64,000 nt of DNA from IMG/VR virus record IMGVR_UViG_3300016469_000571, positions 30,556 to 94,555 of that record; one strand, given 5' to 3'. The notes under the pieces were generated by a model. It was not told the origin of the DNA, did no database searches, and saw nothing but the letters and a program-made list of their open reading frames with translations. The position numbers were made by a program, and so were the translations under genes. Of this stretch, positions 47,324 to 58,367 are shown in pieces. Position 1 is the stretch's first letter. Every line of letters starts with the position of its first letter. Origin of the DNA: a virus.

Positions 47324-50300
47324 AAAATCTCTTTTGTTTCAAATTTTACAAAACAATCTATAACATATTTAAATAATGTTCTCTTTAAACCATCTGCTGA
47401 TCTACTTGGTAGATTAGAACCACCAGATACACTATTAAATGCTTCGTCTATTTCAAGATCACTTTTCATATCTCCCTTAGAATAAATGTCTCTAGCAATA
47501 TTTATTGCTTGTTGAGATGGAGATCTTGGGTCGTCTTCATTAGATAAATCTACAAAATTATCATCTATATATTCTTTGCTAATTGTTATTTTTAACTTTC
47601 CAGTATCACTTTGATTAAATGTTTCTTTCTGTCCAGTTAATAACTGCTTTACATCTTCTCTTAGTTTAACTAAATTATCTGGAGGTGTATATGACTCATC
47701 TTTATATATTCTTAATTCTATCTTTGCTTCTATAGGATTATTTTTAACATTGTTTATATTCATTTGATAAGCAATTGTATTTAAAATATCTTGAATTGTT
47801 TTTGAATTGTGTTTGCTATATTTGCTTATAAATTGATTATTATCTTTGTTTATATTTACAGAGAATGGAGAATTTTCATCTAAAATAATTGTTCCTATAT
47901 GTGTTTCTCCAAGATAATTATCTTGTCTATAATTAATAAAATCAATAGAGTCTTTATTATTGTATATTACTTTTCCTACAGTATCAAATACATTTGGAAT
48001 ATAGTCTCCTGGGCTATGACCATATTCTAGTGTTAAGTTAGTTGTAAAACTAGATCCATATGTAAAATTATGACTTACTGACTTTACATAATACAATAAT
48101 TGATTCTCTTCAAGATAAACAACATCTCCTGGCTGTTGATATTCATTACCAGCAATTGTTACATTTGCTTTTAATATATTTTTTCTAGCTCTTAATAAAA
48201 GAGTAGTTGCATAAGGAGATAATTGAGATCTTGGGTCTGTTAAAAATGGAACGTTTACAGGTGATGTTGACTTCATTCCATATTTTCTCCACAAATCATA
48301 ATCTATAGCAAAAGCAGATGATAAGCCTAGATTTGACTCTATTGCTGTGGTTAAGTCACTACCGCCATTAATAGATTCAAACTGATTAAATGATCCATTG
48401 GCTTGTACAGCTGTAAACTCAGGCTCCTGCTCAGAAAATTCTAAAGATTTGATTGCTGAATTCTTAAGAATAAATCTAGCGCCAGATCCAGGTCCAAGAT
48501 CATCATAAGACTCATCCTCAATTAAATGCTCTAGTATCTCAGGAGCATTTCCAAAACTTACTCTTGGAGTTAATAAACTATTTGAAACATCATCATTATC
48601 TATTGTTCTTAATTCAATAGAATTTTTTAATGAATTATAAAATGTCTTTACTGCTCGTTGCCTTTCAGATAATTTATTAGCTATAAAATTTGTTATTTGA
48701 ACCCTATCTATTTGCTTTAAATTATTACCGGCTGCATCAATATTAAAATACAAATCATCTATATTTACTGGCTTTCCAGTCTTTGTTTTTAATCTTTGTT
48801 TTAAAACATCTACTCTTTCACTTCCTATAATAGAAGAAGCATTATCATACTTACTTCTTTCTTCTGGTGTAAATGTAGATAATATAAACTCAGATCTTAC
48901 TTTTGGAGTATAATACGATCTATTTGATAAAGCTTGACTTGAAATAATTTGCAATGTCTCGTCTTGTTCAAAAATGTCTGGATCATTTGTTTTTACTAAT
49001 GTATCATAACTAGATATAATTCCTTGTTCATTTGTAATAAAATCAAATGGGATTGATCCAACTTCACTAGTACTATCTAACTTTATAAAATATAGCTTAA
49101 TATCAAAATCAGTATTAATATCTATAAACGCAAAAAATAGCCTTATTTCATCTTCAATTACTTCTATTTTTTGTCTTAAGCCATCCAATTGACTTCTAAA
49201 TAAACTATCTAAAAATTGAGGATACAACTGCATATTGTATTCTTTTTTTAGATTTATTAATCTATAAAATACAGAACTTGGTATTTTATTAAATTGAGGT
49301 GGTCTTACTCTTAGATTTCCTTGTGTATCTGCGTAAAACTCTAAATTTAATAAACCAGTAACTAATTTTATTTTTTCTAAAACAGATGTAAACTCATTAT
49401 TATATAAACTTAAATCATTAAAATTAGATTCAAATGCTGCAAAATCATAATCTTTATCATAAGAATCATCAACAATAAATAAATTATTATCTGTATTTGA
49501 TCTTACTTTCCAAGCAAGTCTTTTTGTTAACTCATTAACTCTTCTTCTAATATTTCTTCGTCCAGCTTCATTAGATAATGATTTTTCTTTGCTTTCATCA
49601 TTTATAAAATCATCAGAATCAAATATTACATCATTGCCTATAATAGATAAACCAAAATTTGAATTATCAGAAACAGTTATTTCTTGTTGTAATTTTTCAA
49701 TGTCTTTCTTTAATTGATTCATTCTTTCTACTACAGGTCCAGATAACTCAGATGGGTTTCCTCCTATATTTGGATTACCTAATACCTTTCTACCAGAAAG
49801 AAGATAGTTTTTTGTATCTAATACTTGATACTCTTGTAACTTATCATTTAATTCAGCTACTTGTTTATTAATAGTTATTTCTGCTGATAATACTTTTGCA
49901 TAAGCTTCTTCATTTATAGTTAATGTTTTAAATGGAATAAAATTTCCCCATAATACATTGTTTTTTGTAAGCTCGTTTTGTAAGTTGGCAAAATATGAAT
50001 TTGCTCCATTTTTATTTGCTAAAGGATCAGATTGAAATCCATCTAGGTTTGTTACTGCTTTCCAATAGTTAATAAAATTATAAGGTCGTCCTGTAACTAA
50101 TAAAGAAATAACATTCATTACATCTTGACCAGCAAATGGGTTTTTAAATATACTTTGAATGCCTACTTTATTTGGATCATTAATATCTAATGAATTTCCA
50201 AATGCTACATAAACTCCAATACCTTGTTTCCAATTGTATACCATTCCATCTGGAGCATATATAAATCTTTCTTTTTGTCCAGTTGTTGGATTAATTGTTA

Positions 50301-52191
50301 TATCAGATATAAAATTTGATTCTGTTACGTATTGACCTATACCTGGTCCTGCTTTAAATTTCAATAACTGACTTGCTGTACCTAAAATTATTTTATTTTC
50401 ATCTAATAACTCAGGTATCTCATTATTAAAATTTGTTGTTATTTGATCAAACTTAGTCTTAAAAGGTGTTAATTGATCAAAAATAGCTCCGTTAAAATTA
50501 TCTGCTCCTGGATTAAAATTAACTTTTCCCATCTCTAAATAACCAGTATTGTCTTTACAATTAACTCTAACTGAATATCCAGAATTAGGACTATATGAAG
50601 TGCCAGTTGATGATACTAAACCAGCAAATATACAAATTCCATCTGTGTTTGAAACAAATAAGTTTCTTAAATAAACCCAAAGCCTATCAGGAAAACTTGA
50701 TCCTACATAAACAGCCTTTTCTGATTGTAAATCTAAATTACTATCAGGATTAAATATACTGCTAAATTGATTCTTTAAATCATAAACACTAGATGCAAAT
50801 TTTTGAGCTATGTTTAAACCAGAAAATTGAGACTTTAATCCAGCCAAAACTTTTGAATCATATTGCGATTTAGATGAAACAAAAATTCTTACCTCATCCA
50901 TTGATTGAATTATGTTTTGACCCAAAAACATAGATCTCATCTTTTTTCTAGCATAGTTTGTTTTTGCATTTCTTAATTGATAACTATTTTGAGATCCGCT
51001 TGTTAAAGCTAATTTTGTAAATATTGTTGATATGATTTCTTTAAATAAATAAAGCTCAGATTGTTTCGTATTTGCTATAAAATCAATATTTACAGTGCTT
51101 TTTCCTACAGGGTCTAAACCATCATTACCTAAAATACCTCCAACCAAATATTCATCTTTTACGTCTGTAGTTGGATTGACTGATTGTTGAAAATCAAATT
51201 GTATCTCAACTCCAATCCTATCTACTATCGCAACAACTCTTTTACTCAATACTGTATTTGCATTTATCTTAAATGAAATAGGACTTGCATTTCTAGAATT
51301 TCTTAATTCATTAAATCTTAATAAATAAGAAGCTAATAAATCTTCTGTTTGTCTTAATGAAAATTTAAAAAATGATTTATTATAAAAAGAATCTGTAGCA
51401 TCTGATATTGCTTTTTCAATATCATATTCTGTAACAAGCATTTTATTGTATGGGTCAGAAATAGTTAAGCTAGCACTTCCTCCACCTGTTTCTAATGTGC
51501 CTGTTGTATTAAAACTGCTTACGTTTGTTAACTCAATAACACCTGTTCCTTCATCATTTAAATCTGTTAACCATGTAGTTATTTTAGATTGATTGGAAAA
51601 AGATAATATAGATTTTATTTTATTTGTAATACCTAAAATATATTCTAATCCAGATACGTTGTTTGTAGATAAGCCAGGAAATTCTGCACCAACTCCTGTT
51701 AAAGAATCTACGGCTGATAAAATTGCTGGTAAAAATTGCTCAGTATAACTAGAATCTAATTCTAATACTCTATTTATTTTTGATAATTGCTCTAATGCAG
51801 ATATTTCTCCACATTTATTTTTAAATAAAAGTTTTGAAGCTTTATAAAATAATTTTTCATCTTCAGACATATAGTCTGGTCTAAAATTGTTTGATAAAGA
51901 TGAAAACATTTTTTTCTTTATTAATACAGTAGCATTTGGCTCTTGCATTAATATTTCTAATTGTCTTGATTTTGAATTAAATAAATCTGTTCTTAAAAAC
52001 CCATCATCTGTATAAGATCTAATTGCAGATTTATCTATTTTTTTTGCAAAATCACCCAAAGCTCCAAATGGTATTTTTACACCATCTTTTACAGAACTTA
52101 AACTTTGATTTTCAGTTTGACCAAATGAAGAGTCAATTGCTGAATTATAAAAATCTTCTAGTTTATTTCCAAGCTTTTTTAAAAAACTCAT
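47320..52191 (-). CDS. Putative baseplate hub (gp27/late control D-like)
   Basis: IFAGLV, V.CKD...L, LEFYADTQGNL.VRPP, ANVTIAG...QPGDVVY...YYVKSVSH.F......T.LTL.YG. Confidence 0.7.
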   Translation of the reverse strand: MSFLKKLGNKLEDFYNSAIDSSFGQTENQSLSSVKDGVKIPFGALGDFAKKIDKSAIRSYTDDGFLRTDLFNSKSRQLEILMQEPNATVLIKKKMFSSLSNNFRPDYMSEDEKLFYKASKLLFKNKCGEISALEQLSKINRVLELDSSYTEQFLPAILSAVDSLTGVGAEFPGLSTNNVSGLEYILGITNKIKSILSFSNQSKITTWLTDLNDEGTGVIELTNVSSFNTTGTLETGGGSASLTISDPYNKMLVTEYDIEKAISDATDSFYNKSFFKFSLRQTEDLLASYLLRFNELRNSRNASPISFKINANTVLSKRVVAIVDRIGVEIQFDFQQSVNPTTDVKDEYLVGGILGNDGLDPVGKSTVNIDFIANTKQSELYLFKEIISTIFTKLALTSGSQNSYQLRNAKTNYARKKMRSMFLGQNIIQSMDEVRIFVSSKSQYDSKVLAGLKSQFSGLNIAQKFASSVYDLKNQFSSIFNPDSNLDLQSEKAVYVGSSFPDRLWVYLRNLFVSNTDGICIFAGLVSSTGTSYSPNSGYSVRVNCKDNTGYLEMGKVNFNPGADNFNGAIFDQLTPFKTKFDQITTNFNNEIPELLDENKIILGTASQLLKFKAGPGIGQYVTESNFISDITINPTTGQKERFIYAPDGMVYNWKQGIGVYVAFGNSLDINDPNKVGIQSIFKNPFAGQDVMNVISLLVTGRPYNFINYWKAVTNLDGFQSDPLANKNGANSYFANLQNELTKNNVLWGNFIPFKTLTINEEAYAKVLSAEITINKQVAELNDKLQEYQVLDTKNYLLSGRKVLGNPNIGGNPSELSGPVVERMNQLKKDIEKLQQEITVSDNSNFGLSIIGNDVIFDSDDFINDESKEKSLSNEAGRRNIRRRVNELTKRLAWKVRSNTDNNLFIVDDSYDKDYDFAAFESNFNDLSLYNNEFTSVLEKIKLVTGLLNLEFYADTQGNLRVRPPQFNKIPSSVFYRLINLKKEYNMQLYPQFLDSLFRSQLDGLRQKIEVIEDEIRLFFAFIDINTDFDIKLYFIKLDSTSEVGSIPFDFITNEQGIISSYDTLVKTNDPDIFEQDETLQIISSQALSNRSYYTPKVRSEFILSTFTPEERSKYDNASSIIGSERVDVLKQRLKTKTGKPVNIDDLYFNIDAAGNNLKQIDRVQITNFIANKLSERQRAVKTFYNSLKNSIELRTIDNDDVSNSLLTPRVSFGNAPEILEHLIEDESYDDLGPGSGARFILKNSAIKSLEFSEQEPEFTAVQANGSFNQFESINGGSDLTTAIESNLGLSSAFAIDYDLWRKYGMKSTSPVNVPFLTDPRSQLSPYATTLLLRARKNILKANVTIAGNEYQQPGDVVYLEENQLLYYVKSVSHNFTYGSSFTTNLTLEYGHSPGDYIPNVFDTVGKVIYNNKDSIDFINYRQDNYLGETHIGTIILDENSPFSVNINKDNNQFISKYSKHNSKTIQDILNTIAYQMNINNVKNNPIEAKIELRIYKDESYTPPDNLVKLREDVKQLLTGQKETFNQSDTGKLKITISKEYIDDNFVDLSNEDDPRSPSQQAINIARDIYSKGDMKSDLEIDEAFNSVSGGSNLPSRSADGLKRTLFKYVIDCFVKFETKEIL

Positions 52192-53042
52192 ATATCTCTT
52201 AATTTTTTGTTGTATGAATAATCTATTGGAACGTTGTTTTCTGAATAAGCATAATCCGTTGGAGAATAATATGGATTCTTGTGAAACGGAAGATAATTAG
52301 CTCTATATCCTCTTTGTTGAGTAGCTACAAACTCTAAACTATAATCAAATGCAAAATTGTTTGCACTCTCTGTAACCCTAAAAGAATTAAAATATCCCCT
52401 ATATACAACCCCACCATAATACATCTCAACTGTAAATGCATATTGTGCTAATGATGGATTTATTCTTGGTATTATACTTTCTTGAGATGTAATCGCATCA
52501 CCAATACCTCCAATTATACTACCAGCAATACCTCCAACCTTATTTCCTAACTTTCCAAATGCACCTTCTATTGCAGATGCCGCTAAATTCTCAGCATTGT
52601 TATTTCCAGCTTCTACTTTTAATGCAGCGCCATCAATTGCAAATTGCTCTGCTCTATATATCTCTTGTAATAAATTTATACCCTCAATACCAGAACTACC
52701 TGTTGTTCCTGATAATGAAATCTTAATTAAATCTTCTCCCCAGTATTGTAAAGAATATCCTCCTTTTGTCCTTTCAGAAGAAATTTGCTTATTATAAGTA
52801 TAAGTAATGTTATTTGGATTTATATACATACTCACAACACCAAATTCAGGAACAAACCATTTTATAATATTTCTTCTTATCTTACCATTGTATTTATCCC
52901 TATACTTGGATGTAGGTAATCCATTCCCATCTGCTGGTATGTTTGATGATAATGGAAACCCACGATTCTCATCTTGTACTTGAGATCCTAAACCTAAAGG
53001 ATCATCTGCTAAATCTTCTAGTTTTTTAAAAATATCTACCAT
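52188..53042 (-). CDS. Putative tail tube initiator / baseplate organiser
   Basis: MYINP..I.....K.I...RTKGG...QYWGE...ISLSGTTG; Y.G.F.SF...E....F.Y; follows the tape measure. Confidence 0.65.
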   Translation of the reverse strand: MVDIFKKLEDLADDPLGLGSQVQDENRGFPLSSNIPADGNGLPTSKYRDKYNGKIRRNIIKWFVPEFGVVSMYINPNNITYTYNKQISSERTKGGYSLQYWGEDLIKISLSGTTGSSGIEGINLLQEIYRAEQFAIDGAALKVEAGNNNAENLAASAIEGAFGKLGNKVGGIAGSIIGGIGDAITSQESIIPRINPSLAQYAFTVEMYYGGVVYRGYFNSFRVTESANNFAFDYSLEFVATQQRGYRANYLPFHKNPYYSPTDYAYSENNVPIDYSYNKKLRDI

Positions 53043-53048
53043 ATGTCC

Positions 53049-55208
53049 TTATTTTGCTGCTACTGCTGAAATAGATCTTGCTATAGACGCACCACCATCA
53101 ATTTTTTCTTTACATGATAAACAAAATCCTGTAACTTCAACTTTTACATCATGTTGTATTTTTTGATCTTCTGGTTTTATCTTTGTTGCTGTTTTTGAAT
53201 CTTCTTCCACTTCACGCTTTGGCAATGCTTGTTGAGCCATCTGTCTTGGTTGTGGAAGTTGTTCTCTTTGAGAAAATTTAATTTGCTGTTGAAGAGCTTC
53301 ATTATTTTTAGCAGGAGTTGCGCTTTGATCATCAATATAAGATGTTTTCATTACTCCAAATGGAGCTTTAAGAACACTTTTTATATTAGTTTTAAAGAAA
53401 TCATATTCATTTCTTAAATCTTCTAATCTTGTTCTATCTCCAGTATCTTCGTATTTTCCAACTTGACCCATTCTAACTAATCCTTCTAACCTATCAACTC
53501 CAGCTTTTTCAGATGCCGACTTGTCAAGACTTAAGTTTTGCTTTAATTTTAAAGCATCTTCATCATTAACAACCATATCACTTCCAGATGATGCGGCAAG
53601 TGAGTTTTGTATAAAGCCTAAATTAGGAATTGTAAATTGACTTAAAGCATTATCTCTTTTTATCCCTTGCATACCAAATGCAGTTCTTGTTTGATCAGTT
53701 AATACTTGACCTTTTTTAATATATTCACCAGCAGAAGTGGCTGCACCATCTGGCATAAATAATTCCTTCATATTTGCTTTGCCTTCTTGAACTTGTTTAA
53801 ACATATCCAAGCCTTTAATAGCCTCTGCCTCTGAATTAAATAATTGACCATATGGTCCTTTTGTTAACATCATTCTTTGCTTTTGAAATTGAGCAGCAAG
53901 TCTTGGATCTTTTACAGCTTCGTCCATAGTAACTACTTTACCAAATTGCTTGGTTAAATCTTTCATTACCATTTCCATTATTTTGTCTACTCGACCTTTT
54001 CTTAATAAATCTTCTATTTGCAAAGCACCCATAATACCACCAGGACCGCCTGATCTTGCTGATAACAAAGCTTTCTTTGCCATATCCATAGAAGCTATGC
54101 TTTTTGTTAACCCACTTAATATTTCTGTAGTTTGCTTGCTGCTAGCTCCTGTTGCTTTTAATGCTTCAGAATATTTTAATAATATATTTGTTGCTGCATC
54201 TGTGTTGTTTCCAAATTTGCCTAATGTATCTGAAACTCCTGATGTATAGTTTTGAACATGTGATAATTCTAATCCAGCCTTGTTAGAAGCTTCTGACATT
54301 CTTGATACATAGGCTAAAGCCTTTTCTCCTGTCACGCCATAATTATCAACAGCTTCTCTCATTTTATTTAAAACAGTAGTATACTCTTGACCAGACCCTC
54401 TAGCAAAATCAATACTAGCTGCTAACATTGTGGTTTTTTTAGCACCATCACTTGATAATGAAACTATTGTGTCTAACATTCCTGGAATTTTAGACAATTC
54501 ATTATAATATTTTTGGACTTCTGTTGGTAATGTATTTGTAGCTTCGGCAGCCTTTGCTATTAAATTTGCATGTTCTCCTAATAAATTATTTATTAGGTTT
54601 AATGATTCGCCAGAATTTTTATATATTTGATCTAGCTTACCAGTAGCAGCTGCATTAGATAAAATAGCATCTCTTAATCTCAATGCGGCATCAGCAGATT
54701 GAAGCTGCTTGGTTAAGTATTTATCCATTCCATCAACACCTTTTTTAATAATATCAATTGGAATATTAAGACCTAAAGATCTAAATTTATTAGAAACTTC
54801 TTCAGGTGCTAAATTTTTAATAGAATTAAAAGTATCTAATATTTGTGTTTTAATAGATGAATATTGCTCTGTAAATCCAGTAGATAAATCTGCCTTACCT
54901 AAATTAGCAAATATTTTTGTTGAATCTGTAACAAATGCTTGTGCTTGAGAAATAGCTAAAGTTTGTGCAGATGATAAATTAGTAACCTTTGAACTTAAGT
55001 TTGTTACTACGCTATTTAAATTTTTAAAATATTGAACTGAATCTTGTGCTAAATTAGCAAATTTTTGTTGAGCTATTTTAGCTTTTTCACTTGCACTCTC
55101 ATTATCTATAAGAGCTTCATTATTTTGTTCAATAGCTTCAGTATTTTCTCTAATAGCATCAGAACTTTCTTTAGTAGCTTGTGGATCTTTAGGATCTTCT
55201 GGTGGCAT
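53049..55208 (-). CDS. Tape measure protein
   Basis: Ala/Lys/Gln-rich helical 719-aa ORF directly after the frameshifted chaperones. Confidence 0.75.
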   Translation of the reverse strand: MPPEDPKDPQATKESSDAIRENTEAIEQNNEALIDNESASEKAKIAQQKFANLAQDSVQYFKNLNSVVTNLSSKVTNLSSAQTLAISQAQAFVTDSTKIFANLGKADLSTGFTEQYSSIKTQILDTFNSIKNLAPEEVSNKFRSLGLNIPIDIIKKGVDGMDKYLTKQLQSADAALRLRDAILSNAAATGKLDQIYKNSGESLNLINNLLGEHANLIAKAAEATNTLPTEVQKYYNELSKIPGMLDTIVSLSSDGAKKTTMLAASIDFARGSGQEYTTVLNKMREAVDNYGVTGEKALAYVSRMSEASNKAGLELSHVQNYTSGVSDTLGKFGNNTDAATNILLKYSEALKATGASSKQTTEILSGLTKSIASMDMAKKALLSARSGGPGGIMGALQIEDLLRKGRVDKIMEMVMKDLTKQFGKVVTMDEAVKDPRLAAQFQKQRMMLTKGPYGQLFNSEAEAIKGLDMFKQVQEGKANMKELFMPDGAATSAGEYIKKGQVLTDQTRTAFGMQGIKRDNALSQFTIPNLGFIQNSLAASSGSDMVVNDEDALKLKQNLSLDKSASEKAGVDRLEGLVRMGQVGKYEDTGDRTRLEDLRNEYDFFKTNIKSVLKAPFGVMKTSYIDDQSATPAKNNEALQQQIKFSQREQLPQPRQMAQQALPKREVEEDSKTATKIKPEDQKIQHDVKVEVTGFCLSCKEKIDGGASIARSISAVAAK

Positions 55209-55530
55209 TATTCTCTTGGTCTATCTCTTGAAATAGGTATACTTTTATATTGTTTTACAATCTCAAAAGACTCTTCAAATTCTTCATCTGTTGAAATATG
55301 TACTTGACCACCACCCATTAATTGTCTTACTCTATCAGGGTCTATAAATGAACCTATTAGATATCCAAGATTTTTTACCAACTCATATTTATTTTCTTCT
55401 TCAGCTAACCAGTTAAAATAATACCATGACTTAAGAATCGGATCAATATTTTGAATTTCTTCATCATCAGGATCTTTACCTTTCATTTTACATAAGAAAA
55501 ATAAAAACCTATGATCCGATTCATTTCTTA
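55208..55530 (-). CDS. Tail assembly chaperone, -1 frameshift extension (gpT-like)
   Basis: The -1 frame is open from the slippery site: IRNESDHRFLFFLCK-MKGKDPDD... Confidence 0.75.
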
Positions 55531-56079
55531 TTTTTTTAAATCTTCAATAACCTCCTTTGCCTCTTCTTCTGTTTTTACAGAATACTTAGAATTAACCTCT
55601 GTTAACAAATCCCCATATCCATTATATAATAAACCACAAAGAGACTCATCTAATGAATCTATAAAATTTAATCTATCTTCAAAACTATTTGCCTTAATAA
55701 AATCATTAAAGCCCATACCTTCTATTTCTTCTAAACTATAAGCTAAAAATTGTCTTCTAAGCTCAAATTGAAACTCAGGTGTTCCTTGAAATTTACCACA
55801 TGCTGCTATTGCATTTCTATTTTCTTTTGATGTTAATGTTCTTAATACAAAAGTAGTTTTATTTACTACAACTTCTTTTTTTTGTCTTGTCAATCCTAAC
55901 AAAAAATTAATTCTATCTTTTGAATCAGAAGTCATTCTTTGCTTTTCTGGGTGCAGTTTTTGTTCTCTATACTCTTTGACCTGCGCTTCAAAGTTAGAGT
56001 CGTCTTCTATATCATCGACAACATATTGCTTTCCTACATTAAATTTCTTACTTCCTAATTGAGATTCTATTACTGGCAT
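55528..56079 (-). CDS. Tail assembly chaperone (gpG-like)
   Basis: F.LRTLT..E; ends DLKK*; located upstream of the tape measure. Confidence 0.75.
   Translation of the reverse strand: MPVIESQLGSKKFNVGKQYVVDDIEDDSNFEAQVKEYREQKLHPEKQRMTSDSKDRINFLLGLTRQKKEVVVNKTTFVLRTLTSKENRNAIAACGKFQGTPEFQFELRRQFLAYSLEEIEGMGFNDFIKANSFEDRLNFIDSLDESLCGLLYNGYGDLLTEVNSKYSVKTEEEAKEVIEDLKK
55531..55540 (-). other. Programmed -1 ribosomal frameshift site T TTA AAA AAA
   Basis: GAT TTA AAA AAA TAA fits X XXY YYZ and joins the two ORFs in frame. Confidence 0.8.
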
Positions 56080-56143
56080 ACTGTCCTTTATAACAAAATG
56101 TTTAATTTAAATTTTAAACAAACATATAATTGAATATTAATTT

Positions 56144-56803
56144 ATGGAAAAATTATTAAAAATTGCATATAAGCTTGCAACAAACATAGATCAAAATGTA
56201 ATTATAAAAGAACATAATACACCTCAAGTATCTTATATGGTATTTAAAAACTTAGATAATTTAATCCAAGATGCTCAAAGACTAAAATCTATGCTAAATG
56301 ATAAAGATGATTTGCCAGCTTGGGCTGATGAGTATGTTTCTTTATCAAAAGATAATTTAGATAAAGTAATAGATTATGTCTCTTCAGAAAAAACAACAGT
56401 CGCAGAAGCTACTCATTTATTTTATAAATTAGCTTCAAAATATGATCACATTGATTTTACTCCACCTGAATCTGTAGCAGAAGTTGCAAAAAGAGCTCTT
56501 GAATTAAGAAAACAAAACAAAGGCAAAGGAGGATTGTCTGCTCAAGAAGCTGGAGCACAAGGAATTGGTTCCGGTGTTGTAAGAGCTGTTTCTTTAAAAA
56601 ATAGAAAGAAACTAAGCCCTTCTACTATAAGAATGATGAAGTCTTTCTTCGATAGGCATGAAAAAAGTGCAAAAATTGATAAAGGCAAAACAAAAGAAAA
56701 TGATAAAGGAAGAATAGCTTGGCTTCTTTGGGGCGGCGATCCAGGTAGAGCTTGGGCAAATAAATTAGTAAAACAAATGGATGCCGCTGATAAAAAGAAA
56801 TAA
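56144..56803 (+). CDS. Two-domain phage hypothetical protein
   Basis: LPAW..Y.....DNL..V.DY domain plus FTPP...A.RAL.LR...RM.SFF.RH...GRIAWLLWGGD.G..WA domain. Confidence 0.75.
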   Translation: MEKLLKIAYKLATNIDQNVIIKEHNTPQVSYMVFKNLDNLIQDAQRLKSMLNDKDDLPAWADEYVSLSKDNLDKVIDYVSSEKTTVAEATHLFYKLASKYDHIDFTPPESVAEVAKRALELRKQNKGKGGLSAQEAGAQGIGSGVVRAVSLKNRKKLSPSTIRMMKSFFDRHEKSAKIDKGKTKENDKGRIAWLLWGGDPGRAWANKLVKQMDAADKKK

Positions 56804-56841
56804 TTTTAACATATTAATATAGAATAAAATTTAGGAGATAA

Positions 56842-57510
56842 ATGGCTGGTAATTTTTCGAGTGCTGCTAATACAAATTCTAGTTTGTCATATCTAGATGG
56901 CAGAAATAAAACCTCAAGTTCACTATCAACAAATATATTGGTTCTTGTAAATGATATACCAATCGGAGCTGTACAAGAGTTAAGTATTACTGAGGCAAGA
57001 TCTGTAACAATGATCAATGAAGTAGGTACAGATGGTGTAATAGATTCTGTCCCAACACAATCTACAAAAATATCTGGAAGTTGTAGAAGAATTAGATACG
57101 ATGCTCTAAGAATAACAGAAGCTATGGGCAGATCTTTCTTACACTTACAATCTCAAGTATACCCTTTTGACTTCGTTATCATCGATAGAAATAGAAGAGG
57201 TGGTAACAAAATATCAACTGTAATTAAAAATGTTTGGTTAACAAATATCCAATACTCTTACTCTTCAAATGAATGGATTATCACAGATAACGTAAATTGG
57301 GAAGCTGAAACAATTTACTCAACATTGGTTGGTACAGGCGGATCAGCAGCAACAGGTGGAGACCTAGGTATCAAATCTTCTGGTCCATTTAACTCAGAAT
57401 TTGTTAACGATGTTGAAAGACAAGTTGACTCAGGTAAATCTGGCAGAAGAGGTTCTCTAGATTCAGGAGGTCTGTTAGATATCGTAGACTTCTCTTCAAA
57501 TGTATTCTGA
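56842..57510 (+). CDS. Tail tube protein (opposite strand to the rest of the tail module)
   Basis: AGGAG RBS; I.V....IGAVQ.LSI.E.R....I.EVG.DG....VP; PFD..IID; IKNVW.....Y.Y....II......EAE.I. Confidence 0.75.
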   Translation: MAGNFSSAANTNSSLSYLDGRNKTSSSLSTNILVLVNDIPIGAVQELSITEARSVTMINEVGTDGVIDSVPTQSTKISGSCRRIRYDALRITEAMGRSFLHLQSQVYPFDFVIIDRNRRGGNKISTVIKNVWLTNIQYSYSSNEWIITDNVNWEAETIYSTLVGTGGSAATGGDLGIKSSGPFNSEFVNDVERQVDSGKSGRRGSLDSGGLLDIVDFSSNVF

Positions 57511-58367
57511 TTTTTATGCCTAATCTTATTAGACCCTTCTATTATATTTAACTTAGCTGAATAAGGTCTAAGATTATTTAATCCCCAACAAATTCTAAAC
57601 TCTTCATCGTTTACAGATTTATAATTAAAAGTAGATTTTGGAATAATATGATCTATCTGCCATTTCCAAGTAGATAGATCATTGTCATTCCAAGTCTTAG
57701 GATCATACTTTCCCCAATTATTCCAATTCATCCATGACTCAAACTTTGACTCTAAATGAGTTTTTAACTCTTCTATTGTATAATCAAGAAAAACTCTCTT
57801 AGAACAAACTTTTGTTATTCTTTTTAACTGACTTCCAATATTTTTATTAAGCTTAAAAATAATATCATTTTTTAATTTATTGTTTTCATATATTCTATTT
57901 CTTTTATTTTTTATCTCTTTTTGACATATTAAACAATTTTCGTATTTAACTATTCCCTTTTTTATTCTATAATAAAACTCACTCCTTGGCTTAGTTAAAC
58001 AACATTTTTTACAAAATTTATTTTCTTTTAATTTTATTAGCCTTTTTAAATTGTTTAGCTTGTACCAATTTAATAACGGAGTGTAAGTTACATTTAATTC
58101 TTTACATATTTCTCTTATTGAATAATAAGACTCACGTAATTTTATTATCTTTTCTACTAGATCTTTGTTTAAAGTACTATATGGGCTTATAAAATAATTT
58201 CTATTATTTATTTCTACAACTATTAAATCTTTATAATGTTTTGTTTTTATATTGTGTTTCTTTAAGACTTTATAAACATATGTAGATCCAATATTTAATT
58301 CTTTAGAAATTTCATTTATTGATTTTTTATCTTTTCTTAATAAAATTATTTTATCTTCTAAATTCAT
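57315..58367 (-). CDS. HNH-type endonuclease 3 (HTH, CxxC, HNH)
   Basis: HLESKF..WMNW.NWG...WQIDHIIP...CW.L.NLRP; ATGA overlap supports a start at 58367. Confidence 0.85.
   Translation of the reverse strand: MNLEDKIILLRKDKKSINEISKELNIGSTYVYKVLKKHNIKTKHYKDLIVVEINNRNYFISPYSTLNKDLVEKIIKLRESYYSIREICKELNVTYTPLLNWYKLNNLKRLIKLKENKFCKKCCLTKPRSEFYYRIKKGIVKYENCLICQKEIKNKRNRIYENNKLKNDIIFKLNKNIGSQLKRITKVCSKRVFLDYTIEELKTHLESKFESWMNWNNWGKYDPKTWNDNDLSTWKWQIDHIIPKSTFNYKSVNDEEFRICWGLNNLRPYSAKLNIIEGSNKIRHKNQNTFEEKSTISNRPPESREPLLPDLPESTCLSTSLTNSELNGPEDLIPRSPPVAADPPVPTNVE

Noticed and set aside
56801-56820. Late-promoter candidate TAATTTTANCAT (also upstream of 63930)
   Set aside because: Only two instances in a very AT-rich background; not distinguishable from chance.
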